A DNA stretch of 64,000 bases from Alphaproteobacteria bacterium (GCA_965216755.1 CBDCGL010000011.1:1568001-1632000); one strand, 5' to 3'; shown: positions 1 to 9,204, numbered from the stretch's first letter. The notes: generated by a model not told the origin, from the sequence alone. Program-made: numbers and translations.

Positions 1-2106
1 CAGGTGGATGGTCTCGACGATTACCCAGTATTCACGCGCAAGAGCAGCACCGACCTATCGTACTTGGTTTGCGCCCAACGCTTGATCGCTGAGCCGGACG
101 CCTTCTTTCCTCAGTTCGCCACCCACAATGCACGCACGGTCGCTGAAATTCTGACCTTGGCGCGGCCCGGACATTACGAATTCCAACGTCTGCATGGGAT
201 GGGTGAAGCGCTCTATGACCATCTAACCAGCAATCAAGGTGACTCCGCAGTTCCGTGCCGCGTTTACGCGCCGGTCGGCAGCCATCAAGATCTGCTCCCC
301 TATCTGGTGCGCCGACTATTGGAAAACGGCGCCAACACCTCGTTTGTCAACAGGCTCCACGACGAGCAGCTCCCGATCGATCAGATTATCGCGGATCCAG
401 TTTCCAAATCACGGGCGTTGACGACAATTCGACACCCGCGCATTCCGCTGCCGCGCGACTTGTTCGGCCCCGAACGCCAAAACTCGACAGGCGTCGACAC
501 ATCAGAACCGTCGGCATTGCACCATTTGGGCGGCGCCATGCGCGAAATGGCGCGCGAAGCCTGGCATGCGGCGCCGATCGTCGGCGGCAAGACGATCTCG
601 GGAGGTTTGGCGCGTCCAATAACCGATCCCGCCGATCGGCGGCGCACGATTGGTCAAACCGTCGATACGGGACCGCAATCACTCGAGCACGCCTTGAATC
701 TGGCTAACGCAGCGCAGCCGGCTTGGGATCGGACGGATTCGCGTCAGCGTGCCGCAACCCTGAACCGCATGGCGGACCTGATCGAGGCCAATCGGGCGCT
801 GCTCGCCGCCATGTGTGTGCGCGAAGCGGGAAAAACCATTCCCGACGCTATTGCGGAAACGCGCGAAGCCGCCGACTTCTGCCGTTATTATGCAACCATC
901 GCGGCCACCGAATTTGCCGTACCCATGGATTTGCCGGGGCCAACCGGCGAAAGCAACAGCTTGTCACTCCACGGCCGCGGCGTTTTTGCCTGTATCAGTC
1001 CGTGGAATTTTCCGTTGGCCATCTTCACTGGCCAAGTCGCCGCCGCTTTGGCCGCTGGCAACGCCGTGGTTGCCAAACCGGCGGAACAAACACCACTCGT
1101 CGCGGCAGCAGCGGTGGCGATGTTTCACGAGGCTGGTATTCCGGGCGACGTCCTGCATCTGCTGCCTGGCGACGGCCCTTCTGTCGGTGCGCCATTGGTG
1201 GCGGATCCGCGCGTGTCGGGGGTTGCCTTTACTGGCTCGATTGAAACCGCCAAAGCGATCCATCGCGCCCTTGCCGCCCGTGATGGTCCGATCATCCCAT
1301 TAATCGCCGAAACCGGTGGGCAAAACGCCATGATCGTGGACTCGACGGCCCTGCCGGAACAGGTGGTCGACGATGTCATTACCTCGTCGTTTCGCAGCGC
1401 CGGGCAACGCTGCAGCGCTTTACGCGTTTTGTTTCTGCAAAGCGACATTGCCGATCGCGTTTTGGACATGCTGATCGGCGCCATGCAGGAATTGACGGTC
1501 GGTGATCCGGCTTGGCTGGCCACCGACGTCGGGCCGGTTATCGATGCCGACGCCAAACGCACGCTGCAAAGACACGCCCGTCGGATGGCACGGGGCGGCG
1601 GCGCCCTCGCCCGCACGCCCCTGCCCAGCCGCTGCCGCCACGGGACATTCGTGGCGCCGATGGTGTTTGAGATCGATGCGCTGGACCAGCTGGACGGAGA
1701 GGTCTTCGGTCCGATTCTGCACGTGATCCGGTATGATGCCGATGCATTGGGCCGGGTTCTGGCGGCAATCGACGCCGCCGGCTTTGGACTAACGCTTGGC
1801 GTTCACACACGGATCGACAGCGCCGCCGCGGCCATCCACGGCGCGCTGCGCATCGGCAACAGTTACGTCAACCGGAATATGATCGGCGCCGTGGTCGGCG
1901 TGCAGCCGTTCGGTGGTGAACGGCTTTCCGGAACGGGGCCAAAGGCAGGCGGTCCACACTATCTCCACCAATTCGCCACCGAACGTGCACTGACAATCAA
2001 TACCGCGGCGACCGGCGGCAATGCCGCTTTGTTGGCGATGGATGACGATGTTCCCGCCGCCCCTCTAGACGCGGACCAACGCACGCACCATCTTGCTGCG
2101 AACTAG
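1..2106 (+). CDS. putA: Bifunctional proline dehydrogenase / P5C dehydrogenase, 5'-truncated by the window edge
   Basis: PRODH motifs FATHN, EFQRLHGMGE and YLVRRLLENGANTSF, then ALDH motifs ISPWNFP, FTGS, ETGG, GQRCSA, EVFGP and QPFGG. Confidence 0.96.
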   Translation, partial: QVDGLDDYPVFTRKSSTDLSYLVCAQRLIAEPDAFFPQFATHNARTVAEILTLARPGHYEFQRLHGMGEALYDHLTSNQGDSAVPCRVYAPVGSHQDLLPYLVRRLLENGANTSFVNRLHDEQLPIDQIIADPVSKSRALTTIRHPRIPLPRDLFGPERQNSTGVDTSEPSALHHLGGAMREMAREAWHAAPIVGGKTISGGLARPITDPADRRRTIGQTVDTGPQSLEHALNLANAAQPAWDRTDSRQRAATLNRMADLIEANRALLAAMCVREAGKTIPDAIAETREAADFCRYYATIAATEFAVPMDLPGPTGESNSLSLHGRGVFACISPWNFPLAIFTGQVAAALAAGNAVVAKPAEQTPLVAAAAVAMFHEAGIPGDVLHLLPGDGPSVGAPLVADPRVSGVAFTGSIETAKAIHRALAARDGPIIPLIAETGGQNAMIVDSTALPEQVVDDVITSSFRSAGQRCSALRVLFLQSDIADRVLDMLIGAMQELTVGDPAWLATDVGPVIDADAKRTLQRHARRMARGGGALARTPLPSRCRHGTFVAPMVFEIDALDQLDGEVFGPILHVIRYDADALGRVLAAIDAAGFGLTLGVHTRIDSAAAAIHGALRIGNSYVNRNMIGAVVGVQPFGGERLSGTGPKAGGPHYLHQFATERALTINTAATGGNAALLAMDDDVPAAPLDADQRTHHLAAN

Positions 2107-2169
2107 CCGGGCGATTATGCTCTGCGCCGCTGTCAGAGGCGGTCGCCGCGTTTGCCCCACACCTCATAA

Positions 2170-2245
2170 GCCGGGTTAGCTCAGTTGGTAGAGCAGTTGC
2201 CTTGTAAGCATCAGGTCGCGAGTTCGAGTCCCGCACCCGGCACCA
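2170..2245 (+). tRNA. tRNA-Thr(TGT)
   Basis: 76 nt cloverleaf: acceptor GCCGGGT/ACCCGGC, D arm GCTC..GAGC, anticodon loop CT-TGT-AA, TTCGA T loop, encoded CCA. Confidence 0.96.
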
Positions 2246-2257
2246 TACACATCAGGG

Positions 2258-2307
2258 GTCCAGCCCGGAGACATAGGTAACATTTTGTACCTAAGGCATG
2301 GGTGACA
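2258..2307. repeat. Probable IS481-family terminal remnant (tandem 13-bp repeats)
   Basis: GACATAGGTAACA (2270-2282) and GGCATGGGTGACA (2295-2307). These resemble, from memory, the repeated transposase-binding sites at alphaproteobacterial IS481-like ends. Confidence 0.5.
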
Positions 2308-2387
2308 ACCACGCGTCGATGTCCTTTGATCGGGACGGCTCCAACAACTGGGGTTTTGGTGTTGCCCCCGTTTGATCGGACACCCGG

Positions 2388-3215
2388 CTATGTGTTTTGG
2401 GCTCCTCGGAATTCGCGGGGCGATCTCCATTTGAGCCCGGAATGTGGATGATTGTCGTTGTAATCCTCGAACCATCCGGTGATTTGTTCAAGCGCGGTTT
2501 TGGCGTCCGGGATCTGATTGACCCGGACATAATCGCGCTTGATGGTTTTCACAAAAGCCTCGGCAAGGCCGTTGCTTTCAGGACTGGCGACCGGCGTGAA
2601 ACATGGTTCCAAATTGAGCGCCATGGCAAAGTCGCGCGTGTCCTTGGCGGTGTAGGGTGATCCGTTGTCGGACAGGAATTCGATCCGCCGCGGCGCGGAC
2701 AGTGTCGCGAACCGTGTTTCAACCGCTTCGAGCATCATGTCGCGCACGTCCGAACCGCTGATGCCCCGGCCGGAAACGGCGACATGGGCGATCAACTCCC
2801 GATCGTGAGCATCAATGACAAACGCGGCGCGGACAATGTCACCGTTCCAACACGCGAACTCAAAGCCGTCCGAGCACCATCGCAAGTTCGAACTCATGAC
2901 GACGACTTTGCCGTCATGGACACGGCCGTCACGACGTCCAGACGATTTGCGCAGCAACAAACCATGTCGCTTCATGAGCCGATAGACGCGCTTGTGGTTC
3001 GGCAGGGGTTCGTTGACGCGCGCTAACTCTCGGCGCGCCAGGGCCGTGATCCGGCGATAGCCGTAAGTCGGCCGTTCATCGACAAGACGGCGGATCAGTT
3101 CCAACAAGGCCGCGTCGCCCGGTTTGCGATAAGCGCCGCGCGATCGGTTGGCCCCCTGTGTCCGCTCGTACAGGTTCGAGCGCGACACGCCCAGCGTTCT
3201 GGCCACGGCGCTCAT
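2388..3215 (-). CDS. IS3-family transposase OrfB (DDE integrase core)
   Basis: YGYRRI, NHKRVYRLM, WCSDG, SDNGS, SNGLAE and YN..HPHSGL motifs. Confidence 0.95.
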   Translation of the reverse strand: MSAVARTLGVSRSNLYERTQGANRSRGAYRKPGDAALLELIRRLVDERPTYGYRRITALARRELARVNEPLPNHKRVYRLMKRHGLLLRKSSGRRDGRVHDGKVVVMSSNLRWCSDGFEFACWNGDIVRAAFVIDAHDRELIAHVAVSGRGISGSDVRDMMLEAVETRFATLSAPRRIEFLSDNGSPYTAKDTRDFAMALNLEPCFTPVASPESNGLAEAFVKTIKRDYVRVNQIPDAKTALEQITGWFEDYNDNHPHSGLKWRSPREFRGAQNT

Positions 3216-3607
3216 CGGGTATCGCCCCGTAGCGGCGAGGCAACGTGCAAGATCGGTTTTTTTGCCCGCGACCGCTCAAGGGCCTCGCGCAGGATTTCCA
3301 CCTCCATGGTCTTCTTGCCAAGCAAGCGCTCGAGTTCACGTACTTGTGCCTCAAGCTTCTTGACCTGCGCTTCGCCGACCACCGTCTCGTCTGCCCCCAC
3401 AGCCACGGCGCCCCCTTCTTTCATCAACCGCCGCCAACGATACACTAAATTGGCGCCAACCCCATGACGTCGGGCGACAGCCGAAACACTCGCACCAGGC
3501 GCAAGCGTTTCCTCGACAATCGCCAGCTTTTGTTGGGCCGACCAATGCCGTCGACGTGCGGTTCCTGTGATCACTTCGATCCGCTGAAAGTCATCAGACA
3601 TAAGCAC
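3212..3607 (-). CDS. IS3-family transposase OrfA (HTH)
   Basis: RRRHWSAQQK..SVSAVARRHGV..VYRWRR HTH plus leucine-zipper tail; A7 slippery run at 3257-3263 (RAKK) suits a -1 frameshift into OrfB. Confidence 0.93.
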   Translation of the reverse strand: MLMSDDFQRIEVITGTARRRHWSAQQKLAIVEETLAPGASVSAVARRHGVGANLVYRWRRLMKEGGAVAVGADETVVGEAQVKKLEAQVRELERLLGKKTMEVEILREALERSRAKKPILHVASPLRGDTR

Positions 3608-4134
3608 ATGCTTAGGGCTATGCCTAAGCCTCCCTGCTTACGCCGACTGTCCGGTCGAAATGGGGGCCAATTCAGGTTTGAATACCGAATTCGTGTGAGC
3701 GGCAACGTTTCTTTGGATCTTTTTGCAGCTTTGTAAGGCGAAGCTGTTCGTGTCGGCTTGCATGACTGTACCTTGAGTTGCTCCCACTCAGCCATTCGTT
3801 CCTCGACATTGGCATCAAAGAACAAAACGAAAGCTCCCGCGGCGCGAAAGTGCCAATGATGGAGAGACCTGCGCCTGCCGTCTTCAAAGCGAGCCCATTC
3901 GCCATGGCTCAATTCCCCACGCTGATCCCCTATCGAAACACTCTCAATGCGGCCAAATAATGTCCTTTATGATACACTAATTAGCTAACAAAAGGGAGAG
4001 TTGTCCGACGCTAGGGGCTCTGTCGTACTTTGGAGAGGAAGGCGACAGCGGACAACTTCGGCAGCTAAATGGAGGGCACCCCTTAGCGTGCAATATTTTT
4101 CGTTCGATGGCGTGCCCCTTAGGAGCGAACGGTA

Positions 4135-5175
4135 ATGCCCAATGTCGACGTTATTTCATTCGACGACGCGCTGGATCGATCCAATGCCGGCCACCGCCAC
4201 CTGCTTCTTGGCAACGGCTTCAGCATCGCTTTGAAGCCGGATATCTTCACTTATGAGGCCCTGTATAACGATGCCAACTTTGAGGCTGTCCCCTATGCCG
4301 AAGCAATCTTTACCGCTTTGGAGACGCACGATTTCGAATCCGTGATCAAGGTGCTGGTGGATATGTCGCGGGTGCTGACCGCATACAAGGACGTGCCAGC
4401 CGAACTTATCGAGCAGATTGAGGGTGACGCCGAATCGATCAAAACCATTCTTGTAAGAGCGATCGCCAGTCGCCACCCAGATCGCCCCCACCATGTGTCT
4501 GATGAACAACATGCGGCATGCTGCCAGTTCCTATCTCACTTCATCAAAAGCAAAATCTACACCCTGAACTACGACGTTCTTCTGTATTGGACACTGATGC
4601 ACGAGGACGTGGACGAACTTCCTCTGAAATGTGACGACGGGTTCCGCGCATTGGAAGACGACCCTGAAGCCCCGTACGTGACGTGGCAAGAGTCCCACAG
4701 CCCGAGCGTCTATTTCCTTCACGGGGCTCTGCATCTTTTCGATGCTGGGCACGAATTGCAGAAATACACCTGGTCGCGGACCGACATACCGATCGTCGAC
4801 CAAATCCGCGCGGCGCTGGATGAGAACCGCTTTCCGCTATTTGTATCGGAAGGTCATAGCACAGCAAAGCTGACCAAGATTATGCACAGTGCCTATCTTC
4901 ACAAGGCCGCCCGAAGTCTGGAAAGTATTCAGCGCAACCTGTTCATTTTTGGCCATTCGCTTGGCGAGAGTGACAATCACATCTTGAGCCTGATCGAACA
5001 TGGCCGCGTATCCAAGCTGTTCGTCAGCATCTATGGCGACGCTGACGCAAACGGAAACCCGGCAATCATTCAGCGCGCGAACGAGCTGGCCGCAAATCGT
5101 GTCCAACTCTTCAAGGGAAAGCGGCCACTGTCCGTAGAGTTTTTTGATGCTGAAAGCGCTCAAGTGTGGGGTTGA
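4135..5175 (+). CDS. DUF4917-like / SIR2-like protein
   Basis: LLLGNGFS, TLNYD, FLHGALH, PLFVSEG and IFGHSL..D.H motifs of SIR2/AbiH-like folds; AGGAG RBS. Confidence 0.8.
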   Translation: MPNVDVISFDDALDRSNAGHRHLLLGNGFSIALKPDIFTYEALYNDANFEAVPYAEAIFTALETHDFESVIKVLVDMSRVLTAYKDVPAELIEQIEGDAESIKTILVRAIASRHPDRPHHVSDEQHAACCQFLSHFIKSKIYTLNYDVLLYWTLMHEDVDELPLKCDDGFRALEDDPEAPYVTWQESHSPSVYFLHGALHLFDAGHELQKYTWSRTDIPIVDQIRAALDENRFPLFVSEGHSTAKLTKIMHSAYLHKAARSLESIQRNLFIFGHSLGESDNHILSLIEHGRVSKLFVSIYGDADANGNPAIIQRANELAANRVQLFKGKRPLSVEFFDAESAQVWG

Positions 5176-5725
5176 TCAATGCCTGCGCGGACAGCAGAAT
5201 GATAACTGCCATCATGGGAAATTATTCGAAATCAGATTAGTGTATTTCCCTGATCCAATTGCCGCGTTTGCCTCGTATCCCGGTTTTTTTGGTTTACCTG
5301 AAAAATATTTAGCACGCCCACGCTGCAGTGCAATAAGGCGTTTGACTTGCAAAGATACGACAAGGACGACGTGCCCGCGAACACCAGATGGACGCCTCAA
5401 ACAACATCGAAATTGGGTGCAGATGTGTGCGATACGTGTTCTTTGTTTGGCTATCTATGTGTCGTGGTGACGCGACGGTGTTTTGTCGCGCGGGCGGCCA
5501 CCCTTGGAGGGATCCGAAATGTTAAGCGCCGCCAAAAAACATTGACGATCGCCAGCACGTTAGCGCGGTTTGCGGTCTCCGACAACCGCCGTAAATGAGC
5601 CGGCAAACCAAACGACCCAGTTTGGCTCACCACAGACATCCAAATCCATAGACAAATACTCATACATTGCAAAGCGTCGCTTATTTTAATGGCGGCGTCC
5701 AAGTCTTGGGATGCGAATGCACATC

Positions 5726-6406
5726 CTAAGCCGCCCAACCGCCGCTGAACGGTATTGCTTGGCCGACAAAGAAATCGCTTTCGTCGCTGGCCAGAAAGAG
5801 CGCAAAAGCGGCGTCTTCCTCGGCCGTCGCCAGGCGGCCGAGCGGCACCTGCGCCTTCAGATTCTTTTGAAACTTCGGATTGGCCTGCAAAGACGGCGGA
5901 TAATACGCTTCGTTCTCGACCCAATTTTGGGCGATCAAGTTCATCTGAATATTGTGCCGCGCCAGCTCCGCACCCACGGACTTGACGAAAGCGATTTGCG
6001 CCCCGCGAGCCGTGGAATACGCGCCCAGGCGGGCCATCGGCCTGAGCGGCACGGCGCTGCCATAGACCACGATCTTGCCGGCGCCGCGCTCGATCATCTG
6101 TGGCGCCAGCGCACGCACCAGCCGATGAAGCGGATGCACCATCATGTCGAACGCAACGGCGAACTGCTCGTCGGTGGACTCGGTCACAGTCACGCCATGG
6201 AAATTGGGTGATGCCAGATTGGCCACCAGCACGTCCACATGCCCGGCATGAGCAATCAAATCGGCCGCCGCGTCGGGTGGCGTCAGGTCGGATGTGTCAC
6301 CGATCACTTGAGCCCCTTCGGCGCGGAAAAGCGCGATGGTCGCCGGCCCCATAAAGTCTTCCGCTTGGGTGACAACCACCCGCTTCCCTTCTAGCCGTTT
6401 TGCCAT
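5726..6406 (-). CDS. Halohydrin dehalogenase (HheB-like, SDR fold)
   Basis: T-x4-F-x-G (TQAEDFMG) replaces the SDR TGxxxGxG motif; catalytic S-x12-Y-x3-R (SAVPLRPMARLGAYSTAR). Confidence 0.85.
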   Translation of the reverse strand: MAKRLEGKRVVVTQAEDFMGPATIALFRAEGAQVIGDTSDLTPPDAAADLIAHAGHVDVLVANLASPNFHGVTVTESTDEQFAVAFDMMVHPLHRLVRALAPQMIERGAGKIVVYGSAVPLRPMARLGAYSTARGAQIAFVKSVGAELARHNIQMNLIAQNWVENEAYYPPSLQANPKFQKNLKAQVPLGRLATAEEDAAFALFLASDESDFFVGQAIPFSGGWAA

Positions 6407-6731
6407 CGCGCGCCTCCCTGCTAGGGCAAAGATCGCATCATTCTCGCAAGATCATACGCCATGCCCACGTATTCCGCCTGATTTCGAACGATCCTGCACA
6501 GTGACCTCTGCGACATATGATCCGAAAATTATGAGACAAGTCATTAGTGCCGCAACACCCGGGCTGGCCGGCAGCCGCGCACACCAGACCATGTTGCGAA
6601 CAAGTATCGCCCTCACCTCCATTCCGTCGGCGACCGCTGGCATTGGCGTCCTTAACCGGAAATCAATCGGTCACGGTCAGAATTTGGCTGGCCCACATCC
6701 GGCTTGCGACCGCGCCAAGGAGGCGCCGATC

Positions 6732-7532
6732 ATGTCTTGTGCCGCTGAAGAACATGTCATCGAGCGTATCAACGCCGCGTCCATCACGCGCCTGCCTTCG
6801 CCGCATTTCCACGTCGATAACGTCTTCCCCGAGGATTATTACAATCAGCTGCTTCAAAACAGCCTCGACGACTCGGATTTTACCTGCCTTGGAGAAACCG
6901 GCCGGGTCCCGGCGGGCAGCTATCCGGAACGGTTCGTGTTCGTTCCCGACCCCGAGACGTTACGGACCCTTCCGCCGGCAAAACAGACCTTTTGGCAAGA
7001 GCTGAGCAGCTGGCTGACGGGCCCACGGTTTCTGCAGACCATGATCGACAAATACCCAAACGCGGCCGCCATTCGTTTTGGCGACAAAATCGATCAAATG
7101 AAGCAATTCCCAGAAATGATGGTGGTCCGCGATCGCACCAACTACGCCATCGGGCCGCATACCGATGCACCCCACCGTTTCGTCACCATGCTGTTTTATT
7201 GCCCGCCCGACAACAGCCAGGAACACCTTGGAACGTCGCTCTATATGCCCATTGATCCGCGTTTTACCTGCGCGGGTGGTCCCCATTACGAATTTGAACA
7301 GTTCGTCGAAGTGGCCAGAATGCCGTTCCGACGCAATAGTCTGTTCTGCTTTCTCAATACCAATGCGTCATTCCACGGCGTGCCGCCGATCCGCGATGAA
7401 AACATTCAGCGAGACATGATCTTGTTCGTCGCTCGGATCAAGGAACCACGCGTGCCGTTCAAAGGTGTTGCCGACTACGCCCTTGGGACAGCGCGGCCGA
7501 GAAGAAAAATGCGCGATAAGGCGTTGACTTGA
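6732..7532 (+). CDS. 2OG-Fe(II) oxygenase-like protein
   Basis: HTD..FHGV..R facial-triad pattern, GTSLY; ATG at 6732 after AAGGAGG. Confidence 0.7.
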   Translation: MSCAAEEHVIERINAASITRLPSPHFHVDNVFPEDYYNQLLQNSLDDSDFTCLGETGRVPAGSYPERFVFVPDPETLRTLPPAKQTFWQELSSWLTGPRFLQTMIDKYPNAAAIRFGDKIDQMKQFPEMMVVRDRTNYAIGPHTDAPHRFVTMLFYCPPDNSQEHLGTSLYMPIDPRFTCAGGPHYEFEQFVEVARMPFRRNSLFCFLNTNASFHGVPPIRDENIQRDMILFVARIKEPRVPFKGVADYALGTARPRRKMRDKALT

Positions 7533-7873
7533 TCACCACTGGTCGCCACGCCTTCGCGGTTACCGGCGTTGTCGAGCCCATAGAGCCGGCTGTTTGACGG
7601 CAAGCAATGGCGCAGACGTGCAACAATCCGATAGAAAACTCATCCGTTATGTGCCGGAGGTGTGGCGCCGGCCAGAATTTTGAAACAGCTTAATGATCAA
7701 GTCTAAAATCCCCTGAATAGGTGATAAGTTTTTCTTTCAGAGTGTTTCAAGTCTGATACGCTTTATTTGGTTCTCTCAAAAACATCCCAATAAAACACTT
7801 TATGAGTGTCTCAAATCGGTGCAGACTTTGCCTCCGTTCGGATGGATTTTACAACAGTGGTGGGCAAGGACCG

Positions 7874-8665
7874 ATGAGAACCGCATTCGTTATTCCTGGA
7901 ATTCTGGCACTGGTGCTTTCGGGCGCAGCGTCTGCACAGATGTTGACGGATCCCTCGCTCTCCGTTGGACCGGCGCCCAATGCCGTCATGCCAGGTGTAA
8001 ACATGGGCCAAAATGGCAATTACGGGTTGTACAACACCGGCACCAACAATATCGGCATCAACAATGGTGGTACCGGCAACATCGGCATCAACAACGGTAA
8101 TGGCAATCGTGTCGGCGGCGGGGGCAGCGCCGGCAACTACAACACGGGCATTAACAACGGTAACCACAACACAGCGGTTGGCCTGTCACCCTTTGTCGGA
8201 AGCACGACCAAAGTCGCGCCAGAGAATGGCAACGATAACGGCAACGGTCATTCCACGGCGACGGCGGGTAACTACAACACCGGCGTAAACAACGGCAATT
8301 ACAATTCCGCGATTGGCGGTGGAACCGCGGGCAGCGGCAACACAGGCATCAACAGTGGCAACGGCAATTCCGTCTCTGGCGGCTTCTATACGCTTGCCGA
8401 TGTGAACGGCGGAAATAGCATCATGCCGCCTTCATCTGGTGGATCGGCCGGGAACTACAATACTGGCATTAACAGCGGCAATCATAACTTTGCCAGTACT
8501 TTTGGAACCGCAGGCGTCGGCAACATCGGCACAAATAACGGCAACTATAATTTCGCCGATTTCTCAACCGTTGGCAGCTTCAACATCGGCAACAATAGCG
8601 GCAACTTCAATCCACCGAAGTTCAAGACGCCAATTCCGGGCAACAGCATTGCCGTCGGTAACTGA
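7874..8665 (+). CDS. Secreted Asn/Gly-rich repeat protein (pentapeptide/beta-solenoid-like)
   Basis: Signal peptide MRTAFVIPGILALVLSGAASA; about six AGNYNTGINNGNHN-type repeats; AAGGA RBS. Confidence 0.8.
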   Translation: MRTAFVIPGILALVLSGAASAQMLTDPSLSVGPAPNAVMPGVNMGQNGNYGLYNTGTNNIGINNGGTGNIGINNGNGNRVGGGGSAGNYNTGINNGNHNTAVGLSPFVGSTTKVAPENGNDNGNGHSTATAGNYNTGVNNGNYNSAIGGGTAGSGNTGINSGNGNSVSGGFYTLADVNGGNSIMPPSSGGSAGNYNTGINSGNHNFASTFGTAGVGNIGTNNGNYNFADFSTVGSFNIGNNSGNFNPPKFKTPIPGNSIAVGN

Positions 8666-8871
8666 CACAGGCTAGCCCGCGCCGACAAGTTAACATTGTT
8701 CTCGCGCCTCGCCGCCGCGTCCCACACTTAGGCGCGGCGAGCGGGGCGTGCGTATTTCGGATCAGCGACATTTGCGCCACCGCGTCGCTCACCCCTTACC
8801 AAAGGCGCCCGAAACGCTTAGACTTTCCTCCTCTCTGGTCAGACGTCGATCAATCCAGGGATTGGGAGACT

Positions 8872-9204
8872 ATGAAAGATTGGCCGCTTTCTGCTTTGGT
8901 ACGGACGATATGGAATGGCTACATCGACGCCGACAACGCGATCCAAGCGGCTGATGTCCAGCGCGAACTCGAGATATCGGACGTGCTGGCCACCGCCGTA
9001 AGCGAATTGAACAGACGCAGCGCTGAGCAGCCGAATGCCGCGGCGACGGCCGTTGCCACTGCGGCGGCCGCAATCGGGCGCATGGTCGTTGATCGTGCCC
9101 ACGGCGAGCCGCCCACGGAAGAATCGCAAGCTATTGATAACGCAGTTAAGGTGATCAACGACTTTTTGTTCAGACCACCCCAGGATTCATCCACCAAGCC
9201 CTAA
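8872..9204 (+). CDS. Hypothetical helical protein
   Basis: 110 aa ORF with GGGAG RBS; no recognised motif. Confidence 0.55.
   Translation: MKDWPLSALVRTIWNGYIDADNAIQAADVQRELEISDVLATAVSELNRRSAEQPNAAATAVATAAAAIGRMVVDRAHGEPPTEESQAIDNAVKVINDFLFRPPQDSSTKP

Larger units (their letters stand above)
2357..3674 (-). mobile_element. IS3-family insertion sequence (IS2-like), apparently intact, 1318 bp
   Basis: Imperfect IRs TGGTGTTGCCCCCGTTTGATCGGACA and TGAATTGGCCCCCATTTCGACCGGACA (reverse complement of right end); GGTTT direct repeat at 2352-2356 and 3675-3679; orfA and orfB inside. Confidence 0.95.

Noticed and set aside
5176-5725. Short ORFs or an attR copy downstream of the SIR2-like gene
   Set aside because: No convincing RBS or motif, and no repeat of the tRNA 3' end was found
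6336-6731. N-terminal extension of the oxygenase ORF, and similar long starts in the ORF track (9252, 11048, 34874, 58709, 58938)
   Set aside because: They overlap neighbours or promoters; better RBS-backed starts and family N-termini lie downstream
8010-8610. CRISPR or DNA tandem array in the AAC/GGC-rich stretch
   Set aside because: The repeats are in-frame, codon-degenerate protein repeats with no constant repeat-spacer pattern and no cas genes
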